In this document: piece by piece, positions 44,216 to 51,090 of the stretch | How the letters are laid out: every line of letters starts with the position of its first letter | Numbering within the stretch: the stretch's first letter is position 1 | IMG/VR virus record: IMGVR_UViG_3300005326_000743 | Span: 1 to 51,090 of that record | DNA from: a virus | Taxonomy: Duplodnaviria > Caudoviricetes | DNA: 51,090 nucleotides | Reading direction: 5' to 3' (one strand) | The notes under the pieces: model-generated | Seen by the model: only the letters and a program-made list of their open reading frames with translations | The model's database searches: none | What the model was told of the DNA's origin: nothing | Program-made: the position numbers and the translations under genes

Positions 44216-45097
44216 ATGAGAAAAATAGTATTTTTGCTTATTCTGTTTACGGGAATTGGTCTAGCGATGGCGGAAAATTCAACCTCAAATTATCAAAATT
44301 ACATTCTCACCTTCGAAAAAATACCCAATGGTCAAAAGGCCCCAGTCGCTTATTATTTCCCAAAAGATCCAAATACCCCGGAACGCATTTCAGTGGATGA
44401 TTGGAATAGGCTGGTCGCCGATCAGTCCGGAGAAATCACCGCTCAACGCAAGAACTATCTCTATGTTAAATTAAGCAACGGAACCGAGCTTTGCTTTACA
44501 GCTAATATTGGATCCGAAAAAGATTTTAAAAAGATTTACGCGGGAAAGGCTTCTCCGCCTCCGGCCTTGGTAGAAAAGCAAAAGGCTGCCGAAGAAAACG
44601 CTGAAGCCTCCCCAGAATCCTTAACCGCCAAATTGGATGCCCAGGGTCTTGGGGATAAAATCAAGTATTCGAAAGAAGATATTGTAGATGGAGTTGTCGC
44701 CGTGATCGACTACCCCATGGAAAAAGTGGAGCCGGCTACGATAAATTCTCTGGTTTACCTTGAAAGAACCGTTTCCTCAAGCCAGAATAGTGGTAACGTT
44801 GTAATTATTAAAACTGATTACGAAATTTACGAACCAGATATTTTTTCCTCAGCGCTTTCTGGGGTAGATAAATTTCGCCATCAATGGACAATTAATCTCT
44901 TAAAAATCAGCCCGGAGAAAACCCAGATGATAATTAAAATAGCATCAGAAAGGCTCAGAAGCGGACAAACCATTTATTCTGATCCATACTGGGAACCCAT
45001 AACGCTTAGTGGAAATTCTGCCCAAACCGCCATTCATAATAGCAAGGAGATCGCTTCGGGGGCTGTGTTGGGGGCGGAGGGAATATTAAATAAATAA
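44216..45097 (+). CDS. Secreted/periplasmic protein, candidate superinfection-exclusion moron
   Basis: Signal peptide MRKIVFLLILFTGIGLAMA; lies in the cI-direction operon. Confidence 0.6.
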   Translation: MRKIVFLLILFTGIGLAMAENSTSNYQNYILTFEKIPNGQKAPVAYYFPKDPNTPERISVDDWNRLVADQSGEITAQRKNYLYVKLSNGTELCFTANIGSEKDFKKIYAGKASPPPALVEKQKAAEENAEASPESLTAKLDAQGLGDKIKYSKEDIVDGVVAVIDYPMEKVEPATINSLVYLERTVSSSQNSGNVVIIKTDYEIYEPDIFSSALSGVDKFRHQWTINLLKISPEKTQMIIKIASERLRSGQTIYSDPYWEPITLSGNSAQTAIHNSKEIASGAVLGAEGILNK

Positions 45098-45111
45098 GGG
45101 AGGGTAAATCA

Positions 45112-45234
45112 ATGGCAGGCAAAAAAGAGATCAAGATCGGAAGAGATGCAAAAACAGGGGAATTTATCCCAGTTAAAGAAGCGGAAAAAAGAAAAAGCAC
45201 AGCCATCGTAGAAACCATTAAAAAGAAAAAATGA
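45112..45234 (+). CDS. 40-aa basic protein MAGKKEIKIGRDAKTGEFIPVKEAEKRKSTAIVETIKKKK (not in ORF track)
   Basis: RBS AAGGGAGGG; ATGA overlap with the next gene; GRDAKTGxFI motif. Confidence 0.75.
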   Translation: MAGKKEIKIGRDAKTGEFIPVKEAEKRKSTAIVETIKKKK

Positions 45235-45590
45235 CCCACTACTGCCCATCTTGTGGTCATCGACAGCCCGATTATTTCTGTCAATGCCCCGAGTGCGGGT
45301 CTAACAAATGTAATGTAGAAATGACTCCGGAGGAAATCGCCGACGAAAAGCGGCGCACGGTGAGAGAATACCTCGGCGCTTATTACAAGGGCGGGCCTCA
45401 TTTGTATCTAAAGAGTGGCCGGGAAGTTGAGAATACCGGAGATTTCGTTCCAGCAGACTACTTCCCGGAAGAAGAGGCGAAAATTCGCGATGATTTTATT
45501 TTATCGTATCATTCGGTGATTATGCCCAAGTGGTGGGGATACCCGGGCGGGGCGGATGCATATTGGAAAGATGTGGAAAAGGGGGTTTAA
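45231..45590 (+). CDS. Zn-ribbon protein
   Basis: CPSCG..CPECGS. Confidence 0.6.
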   Translation: MTHYCPSCGHRQPDYFCQCPECGSNKCNVEMTPEEIADEKRRTVREYLGAYYKGGPHLYLKSGREVENTGDFVPADYFPEEEAKIRDDFILSYHSVIMPKWWGYPGGADAYWKDVEKGV

Positions 45591-45594
45591 AACC

Positions 45595-45942
45595 ATGATT
45601 GATCAGATTCAAACCTGCGTAGATTTTTGCAGTCTTGCTGCGCAGGGAACCAATTTCTTGGCTAAAAAAGTCGGAGAAATATTTTTAAACGAAGATGAAA
45701 AAGAGATTCTCAAAGCCGCATCTAAATCCGGGCAAATTCATCTTCCCAGTTATAGCCAGGTTGGAGTATTCTTACTGATCGGAGAAAGGCAATTCTTCGA
45801 TGCCAATGATCCTGCGGTGCAGGCAAACTATCTTGAGGCCTTCTCCAATCTCTGTAGAAAAGGGTTTATTGAATATCATGGGGGAATCTTATTCAAACTT
45901 AACGGGACTGGATTTAAAAAGGCTAGGAGCCTGGCGAATTAA
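45595..45942 (+). CDS. Hypothetical winged-helix-like protein
   Basis: LNEDEKEILK..LCRKGFIE..FKLNGTGF pattern. Confidence 0.6.
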   Translation: MIDQIQTCVDFCSLAAQGTNFLAKKVGEIFLNEDEKEILKAASKSGQIHLPSYSQVGVFLLIGERQFFDANDPAVQANYLEAFSNLCRKGFIEYHGGILFKLNGTGFKKARSLAN

Positions 45943-45982
45943 ATTCCTTCACCTGAAAGCTTTCTCCGCCGGATCCGCCCAG

Positions 45983-46465
45983 CTAGGATCTGCCGTCTGA
46001 TCTGTCCGGATCGGGTATAAATAATCCCAACACGGTAGCATCAACCAACCTATCAAATTTCGATCTCATAAAATTTTCAGTTTCGCGCCTGTTAGTTTCA
46101 ATAATCGATTTGGAAACCGACACTGCTTCCTCCTTTCTCCAAATCTCTTCCACTGGTACTAATTCTCCGCCGTTGGGATAAAATCTTGGCACCCGGGCGC
46201 ACCCTTCCCCGCCGAAATTGGTTGTCATTTGTTCTCCCCCTTTAGCCTTCGGTAATGGGCACTCCTTGCAAATCTCCCCTCGATCGCACTCAGGCTCCCA
46301 TCCTGGGCTTTTCGGCTCAACCTCAGGATGGCAGCATTGGTAATAGTCGTCTTCTCCCCGGCTCTCCGAATCCCCGTAATCATCATATTCAAATGCCTCC
46401 ACATGGGGGCACTGGCTGCAAGCTTCTACAATTTCCCCATTCGGTAAAATTCTTGGCTCATCCAT
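45983..46465 (-). CDS. Cys-rich hypothetical protein (possible internal start at 46228)
   Basis: CSQCPH..CCHP..CKECPL; internal GGGGGAG-5nt-ATG. Confidence 0.55.
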   Translation of the reverse strand: MDEPRILPNGEIVEACSQCPHVEAFEYDDYGDSESRGEDDYYQCCHPEVEPKSPGWEPECDRGEICKECPLPKAKGGEQMTTNFGGEGCARVPRFYPNGGELVPVEEIWRKEEAVSVSKSIIETNRRETENFMRSKFDRLVDATVLGLFIPDPDRSDGRS

Positions 46466-46466
46466 T

Positions 46467-46613
46467 TTAAAACACCGTCGACAAGAAGAACGATACCCAA
46501 GCGGCCGCCAGGCCTAAAAGCAATAGTAAGCCGAGAATATACCCGCCAGCTTGAATCAATAATCCGAGCCCTTCCAGGAAACCGACTTCTTTTTTAGCTT
46601 CGCATTTTACCAC
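46467..46613 (-). CDS. 48-aa membrane peptide (not in ORF track)
   Basis: GTG after GAAGGTG; long hydrophobic helix; fills the operon gap. Confidence 0.5.
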   Translation of the reverse strand: MVKCEAKKEVGFLEGLGLLIQAGGYILGLLLLLGLAAAWVSFFLSTVF

Positions 46614-46766
46614 TTAGTTCACCTTCTTTCTTCCGGGACGTGGCTTTTTCGCATTCAACCTAGCGGCAGCCACCTTGGCGGGAGAGGTTTTCCCTTTGCC
46701 TCGTCTTCCCATTTCGGCTGCATATATTTTAGGGTCAATTTCTTTTCCGCAGTGGGGACAGATCAT
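46614..46766 (-). CDS. 50-aa basic Zn-knuckle/KGG-like putative DNA-binding protein (not in ORF track)
   Basis: MICPHCGKEIDPKIYAAEMGRRGKGKTSPAKVAAARLNAKKPRPGRKKVN; RBS GAGGT; first gene after a consensus promoter. Confidence 0.7.
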   Translation of the reverse strand: MICPHCGKEIDPKIYAAEMGRRGKGKTSPAKVAAARLNAKKPRPGRKKVN

Positions 46767-46786
46767 CTTATTTACCTCTTGATTAC

Positions 46787-46814
46787 ATTATAGCAAAACG
46801 CTTGGTTATGTCAA
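46787..46814 (-). promoter_or_regulatory. Strong sigma70 promoter
   Basis: Minus strand TTGACA-16-TATAAT with extended TG. Confidence 0.8.
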
Positions 46815-46864
46815 GAGGGGTTGTTCTGGGCAGGAGAATAAAGCAAAAATTGCGAATTAAAAAA

Positions 46865-47311
46865 ATGGACAATAACGATCTTCGGGTAAAACATCTTGAA
46901 TTTATTAGGGATGTAATTGATAGAATGGGACAAAATTCCTTCTTAATAAAGGGTTGGGGAATAACCTTGATCGCGGCTATCTTTGCCGTAGCTGTTATAA
47001 AAGAGGTGTCCTGGGTATTTATTCTGATTGGGCTTTTGCCCGCAATAGCTTTCTGGGGGCTGGATTCATATTTCTTGTGGCAAGAAAGATTATTTCGTGA
47101 ACTTTATAAGGATGTCTCAAAATATTTTTCCAATTCCGATTCGGAAGATGTGCCAGAATTATTCTCAATGAGCACTGAACCCCATATGAACAAAAATTAT
47201 TATACATGCTACTGGAAAGCTTTTTCCTCTTTAACTATTCTTTGTTTTTATGCGCCTATTATATTACTTATAATTGTATTGGCTTTTATTTGCAGATATT
47301 TTGGGGGGTAG
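46865..47311 (+). CDS. TIR-associated multi-TM protein, candidate defence effector
   Basis: KHLEFI..VIDRM..NSFLIKGW and FWGLDSYFLWQERLFRELY; three hydrophobic helices; directly upstream of the TIR gene. Confidence 0.75.
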   Translation: MDNNDLRVKHLEFIRDVIDRMGQNSFLIKGWGITLIAAIFAVAVIKEVSWVFILIGLLPAIAFWGLDSYFLWQERLFRELYKDVSKYFSNSDSEDVPELFSMSTEPHMNKNYYTCYWKAFSSLTILCFYAPIILLIIVLAFICRYFGG

Positions 47312-47332
47312 AATAAAATTACGGAGGACAAT

Positions 47333-47818
47333 GTGGCAAGAAGAGTTTTTTTTAGTTTTTGCTACAAAAGAGATATCGGGAGGATCGGCCAAATTCGTAA
47401 TAGCTGGGTAACAATGGATACCAAGGGATTCACCGATGCAGCCAATTGGGAATCCATAAAAAGACAAGGTGAACAATCCGTAAAACGGTGGATTGATGCA
47501 CAATTAGACAGTACTTCAGTTACGGTGGTATTAATTGGTGCTGAAACATCAATAAGCAAATGGGTAAAATACGAAATAGCCAAAAGTGTAGAAGATGGAA
47601 AAGGGGTATTGGGTATTTATATCCATAATGTTAAAGACTTTAGGACGGGATTAACTGACTATCGGGGGCATAACCCTTTGGATGAATTATCTTTACAGCA
47701 AAATGGGAGAAGCGTTTTGCTGTCCGAGATATATCCCACATACGAATGGATTAATGACGATGGACAAAGAAATATTGTCAAGTGGATCGAAGAAGCTGCG
47801 AGAAAGGTAGGTCGTTGA
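47333..47818 (+). CDS. ThsB-like TIR domain protein (MTH538/DUF1863)
   Basis: ARRVFFSF.Y..D, WE.IK..G...KRWID.QL..TSVTVVLIG.ET...WVKYEI (catalytic Glu), GIYIH. Confidence 0.92.
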   Translation: MARRVFFSFCYKRDIGRIGQIRNSWVTMDTKGFTDAANWESIKRQGEQSVKRWIDAQLDSTSVTVVLIGAETSISKWVKYEIAKSVEDGKGVLGIYIHNVKDFRTGLTDYRGHNPLDELSLQQNGRSVLLSEIYPTYEWINDDGQRNIVKWIEEAARKVGR

Positions 47819-47857
47819 CTAATAGAAACAATCTCGATAAATATTTAGGAGTAAATC

Positions 47858-48127
47858 ATGCCTGAAGATTCATGGTTAAAATTCATCTTGGAACAAGATC
47901 GTATGGTGCGGGAGGATGTTAGAGATTCTCGCGCCCAATGGTTATCGTTTACAATAATGTTGGTTTCTTTGGGGGTTGTAGTATTAGCGATTATTTACAA
48001 TAATCTCCCCACAGGGATCATAAGCAGTTTGGCAACACTTTTTTTGGCATTAAGGGTCTTATTTGTAAAAAAGAATCGCAATACTCATAATAGAACGCCG
48101 AATAACCCAATCGACTTTGAACAATAA
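47858..48127 (+). CDS. Small two-TM membrane protein (possibly DUF2335-like)
   Basis: RBS AGGAG; charged helix then two TM helices. Confidence 0.55.
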   Translation: MPEDSWLKFILEQDRMVREDVRDSRAQWLSFTIMLVSLGVVVLAIIYNNLPTGIISSLATLFLALRVLFVKKNRNTHNRTPNNPIDFEQ

Positions 48128-48270
48128 TAAACGGTGATGCGAAGGGCTGATTAACGCCATTTTTGCTAACCCCGGCAAAATGGTCAGGGTGTAAATCTCT
48201 AAACAAGCAAGTTTTAAGTTGGGGATTGGGTTTAATCCGGTAGGGGGTTGACAAATTTTGTAATATAGGC

Positions 48271-48299
48271 TTGCCAAAATTAAAGCTATGCTTTATAAT
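48271..48299 (+). promoter_or_regulatory. Sigma70 promoter for a small RNA
   Basis: TTGCCA-17-TATAAT; no plus-strand ORF before the terminator. Confidence 0.8.
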
Positions 48300-48305
48300 A
48301 TGCTT

Positions 48306-48370
48306 AAGGATTGAGGATGTCTCGATCGCTCAGAGAGTCAAACCGTCAAGGTGGCTCTCTAAGTTTTTTT
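48306..48370 (+). ncRNA. Candidate DUF3800-associated structured small RNA
   Basis: Hairpin 1 GATTGAG-GATGT-CTCGATC (48309-48327); hairpin 2 AGAGAGTCA..TGGCTCTCT (48332-48360) then T7; convergent with the DUF3800 stop. Confidence 0.65.
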
Positions 48371-49181
48371 ATAAGGGGAATATTTTTAATCCCTTGCCGA
48401 TATAAGATGGATATTTTGCTAGTTTTGTTTCTATAATTTCCCATGCTGGGGTTGGACGATCAAGAATAAATCCTGCAATAGGATAGGCACTCAAATCTGC
48501 TATCTGTAATCCTGCGATATTTCTATATTTTGAAACGAACCACATATCCTCAATATGGCGATGAAGCGTTGTTGAGTCTGCATATCTTGTTCCATCTCTT
48601 TTTCTATCGTGAAAATAACTATATAGCTCTAAATCTTCCCTTTTAAGAGGTTTCTCGGGTATCAATATTTTTTCTATATTTTTTGAGTTTGGCGTTGATG
48701 CTCTTGCTTCAGCCACTATTAATCCAAGCCCATCCTGTTCTTGTTTCAATTCGCGAACCATTCGCTCAATAATAAATTCTAAAGACAAGTTATAAGGGTG
48801 AGACGGTACCGCATATTTATCAATCAACTCTTTTTTTCTTATTACCGTAGCGATGATTTTGTACGGAAGTTCAGCTATTAAATGGTTTAATTTACAATAG
48901 AATTTTTCTCTCTTATCACGGTTTTTTAATAGTTGGAACGGCGGATATTGCTTCCTTATTTTACTTGAAACCAAAATAACGTCTTTGTAATCATCTCCAA
49001 GTTCATCATAGAAAAATTCTTTTTTAAAAGCCAAAAACATACTATTCATTTGTTCAAGGTCATCGATTTGGATTAAGCAACCGCAAAGCACAAAAATTGG
49101 GAAATCTGGACTAATAAAATTAAGATCGTGATTTCCGGATTCATCCAAAAACAGTATGTGGGTTATCGAATTCATAAGCAT
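48369..49181 (-). CDS. DUF3800 domain protein (RNase H-like fold)
   Basis: LFLDESGNHDL..PIFVLCG, IVAEAR, GLQIADLSAYPI, GLKIFP; start placed at MLMNS. Confidence 0.88.
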   Translation of the reverse strand: MLMNSITHILFLDESGNHDLNFISPDFPIFVLCGCLIQIDDLEQMNSMFLAFKKEFFYDELGDDYKDVILVSSKIRKQYPPFQLLKNRDKREKFYCKLNHLIAELPYKIIATVIRKKELIDKYAVPSHPYNLSLEFIIERMVRELKQEQDGLGLIVAEARASTPNSKNIEKILIPEKPLKREDLELYSYFHDRKRDGTRYADSTTLHRHIEDMWFVSKYRNIAGLQIADLSAYPIAGFILDRPTPAWEIIETKLAKYPSYIGKGLKIFPL

Positions 49182-49314
49182 ATTTTTGGTTTTCCATTGC
49201 CAGTGACGAATTCCTCCCCGCGGGCGGTAACTTTTAACTGTATTTTGTCTTGCTATTCTAAATAATAAAACAAGACCAAAAAGGAAAATTCCTTCTCCCG
49301 AAGAAATCCCCAGC

Positions 49315-51090
49315 ATGTCCCAAGACAAGCTTTCTTTCTCCGACCTGGTTCCCGCTGAACTGCTCCAGCAGCAGACCATCAAAACTAATTCTCTCCGGCG
49401 AGCCGTTGGCTACACTCGGGTATCCACCCCTGACCAGGTGCTGAAAGTTTCGCTCGATGGCCAGCGGAGCAACATCACCAACTATGCCGCCCGGAATGGG
49501 ATCACCGTGGTAAAATGGTTTGAGGATGCCGGGATCTCCGCTTACTCCGGGGTAAACCGGCCAGCCTTTGAGGAGGCTTTGACTTACGCCTGCCACTATA
49601 AAGAGATCGATTGCCTCTTGGTGGACTCCTACCGGGCTTTCAGCCGCCGGGATGAGCTCGAATCCGCAGAATTGGAACTGAGGCTCAAGGCGCACGGTGT
49701 TGACCTGGTTCCTATCGACAACCCGGCCGATACCCAAACCATCCCCGGAATCTGGTCAAGGGGAATTCAACGGCTCCAAGCCCGAACTGAGAGCGTGCAA
49801 ACCAGCATCCGGACTCTGGACAAAATGAGCGCCAATGCCCAAAATCTGGACCCGGTTTCCGGTTGGAAATTTAAAAACGGGGGAACAGCCCCCTACGGCT
49901 ATCAAAATGAGTCGGTGATTCGCGGCCACGACCGCAGCGGAAAGCCTATTTATCGCCTGCTTTGGCAACTGGACGAGCGCGAATTCGCCGGGAAAAAGGT
50001 CTGGGAGTGGGTGAGGTGGATAATCCTGGCCAGCTCTGGGGTTCTGGGCCAGCCCTGGAGCCTGAGGAAACTTCGCAACCACTTGAATCAGCTCGGAGTT
50101 CCCAGCCCCCGCGGTGGAATCTGGGGAGCCTCTACCCTAAAAGCGATTTTGGAATGGGATCGGGCGCTTGAATATGCCGGTTTTTATGTTTGGAATCGCA
50201 AGCCCCGCCGTACAGCGAAGAAGCCCAAAAATGAGGCCGAAAAGTGGGTTTTCTCGGAAGCCGCTCACCCGGCGATCATCAGCCTGGAGGAGTATATGAA
50301 TTTTAAAGATGGCCAGAAAAAGCGGATCAGAAACGTTCCCCCGGCTCCCTCGGCAAAGACCAGCCGCTTTCTCTTCACCTCGGGGAATTTTTTCACCTGC
50401 GCCCATTGCGGCCGCAACATGAGAAGCAAGTCGGTAAAGCTACGCGGGAAAACCTACGATTATTATGTCTGCTCCGGGTATCTGAATTTCAAAGAGGCTG
50501 GATGTACTCAGAAGGAACGGATCCCGGTTGCTTGGGCTGAGAGTTGCGTTGTCGAAGAAATCCGCCGGCGCTTTCTGAATGAGTCCCAAATTTCGGAATG
50601 GATGAAAAAACTAAACGCGATGGCCGGGAGAGAAAATATCGCTCATGGCAGTTCGATTAAGAAGCTCAGAGCGTCCCAAGTGAAAATTAAATCGGAAATC
50701 GATATTCTAGTCAATCGGTTGGCGAATGATTCAACCGGCGAGATTTACGCTGAGCTAAAAGAGGGGATCCAGTCCCGGAAAAATCGGTTACGGAAATTGG
50801 AAGAAGAAATTGAAGCCCTCGAAAATTACACGCCGCCCCCAGTTCGCAAAATCACGGAGAGTGAAATCTCAGAGACGCTGACCGGATTTTTGCAGACCTT
50901 TGAAACCGGCAGCTTTGCCGATCAGAAGCAGCTACTCCGAATATTCGTTCAGCGGATTGTGGCCGACCCGTCAGCAAAAACAATAAGGGCCTTCTATTTC
51001 GAAGACCCTTACGAAAGCATTTTCCGATATTCAGACGAGCAGGCGTTATGCCTTTTCGATAAAATCGGTAGTGCCGGGAGGGGGACTTGA
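49315..51090 (+). CDS. Large serine recombinase (integrase)
   Basis: YTRVST catalytic Ser, DAGISA..RPAF, APYGY recombinase domain, HPAII, CAHCG..YYVC Zn ribbon, coiled coil. Confidence 0.96.
   Translation: MSQDKLSFSDLVPAELLQQQTIKTNSLRRAVGYTRVSTPDQVLKVSLDGQRSNITNYAARNGITVVKWFEDAGISAYSGVNRPAFEEALTYACHYKEIDCLLVDSYRAFSRRDELESAELELRLKAHGVDLVPIDNPADTQTIPGIWSRGIQRLQARTESVQTSIRTLDKMSANAQNLDPVSGWKFKNGGTAPYGYQNESVIRGHDRSGKPIYRLLWQLDEREFAGKKVWEWVRWIILASSGVLGQPWSLRKLRNHLNQLGVPSPRGGIWGASTLKAILEWDRALEYAGFYVWNRKPRRTAKKPKNEAEKWVFSEAAHPAIISLEEYMNFKDGQKKRIRNVPPAPSAKTSRFLFTSGNFFTCAHCGRNMRSKSVKLRGKTYDYYVCSGYLNFKEAGCTQKERIPVAWAESCVVEEIRRRFLNESQISEWMKKLNAMAGRENIAHGSSIKKLRASQVKIKSEIDILVNRLANDSTGEIYAELKEGIQSRKNRLRKLEEEIEALENYTPPPVRKITESEISETLTGFLQTFETGSFADQKQLLRIFVQRIVADPSAKTIRAFYFEDPYESIFRYSDEQALCLFDKIGSAGRGT
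51070..51082 (+). repeat. Right att core AGTGCCGGGAGGG
   Basis: Identical to 618-630; within the integrase 3' end and the tRNA 3' end. Confidence 0.9.
51072..51090 (-). tRNA. 3' fragment of a tRNA gene, probably Leu, truncated by the window edge
   Basis: Minus strand TCAAGT-CCCCC-TCCCGGC-A = T loop, T stem, acceptor strand, discriminator A; no encoded CCA; identity inferred from the acceptor stem only. Confidence 0.7.

Larger units (their letters stand above)
618..51082. mobile_element. Temperate siphovirus-like prophage integrated at a tRNA 3' end by a large serine recombinase
   Basis: Full set of head, tail, lysis, replication, cI/cro and integrase modules between identical 13-bp direct repeats. 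Confidence 0.95.

Noticed and set aside
48148-48190. CCATTTTTGC..GCAAAATGG inverted repeat as a second sRNA copy
   Set aside because: No similarity to the 48306-48370 element and no U tract; function unsupported
49182-49382. N-terminal extension of the DUF3800 ORF
   Set aside because: Overlaps the integrase start and lies upstream of the DESG motif that normally begins the domain
618-51082. Alternative genetic code
   Set aside because: Core genes are full length under the standard code and use all three stop codons
1-51090. CRISPR or other guide-type repeat array
   Set aside because: No regularly spaced repeat-spacer series seen; the only clustered repeats are intragenic iterons and microsatellites

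Overview
The window is almost entirely one apparently complete temperate siphovirus-type prophage (about 618-51082). It is bounded by a 13-bp direct repeat AGTGCCGGGAGGG (618-630 and 51070-51082). The right copy lies in the 3' end of a minus-strand tRNA gene (probably Leu) and also in the last codons of a large serine recombinase. Only a host prepilin-like gene (1-438) and the displaced tRNA terminator lie outside the prophage. Minus-strand modules, read right to left, are: Cro; early recombination genes (SSAP-like, single-chain SbcD-SbcC); DUF5131; a DNA methyltransferase; a replication initiator with iterons; RusA; a glycosyltransferase/methyltransferase/pyruvyltransferase cluster; an IS481-derived HTH gene; a ParB-methyltransferase; terminases; a portal-MuF fusion; HK97-type head genes; non-contractile tail genes with a -1 frameshift chaperone; lysis; and a distal tail fibre. 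The plus strand carries CI, DinD and an accessory region. The top findings are: (1) a DUF3800 gene with a convergent, promoter-driven, two-hairpin ~65-nt RNA; (2) a ThsB-like TIR gene paired with a small membrane protein instead of ThsA; (3) an integrase whose C-terminus is swapped by integration/excision; (4) a phage glycan-tailoring trio; (5) an unannotated 25-aa cationic peptide in a lysis cassette with no visible spanin; (6) a catalytically truncated IS481 DNA-binding domain heading the late operon. All family calls come from motifs recognised by eye; no database searches were run.
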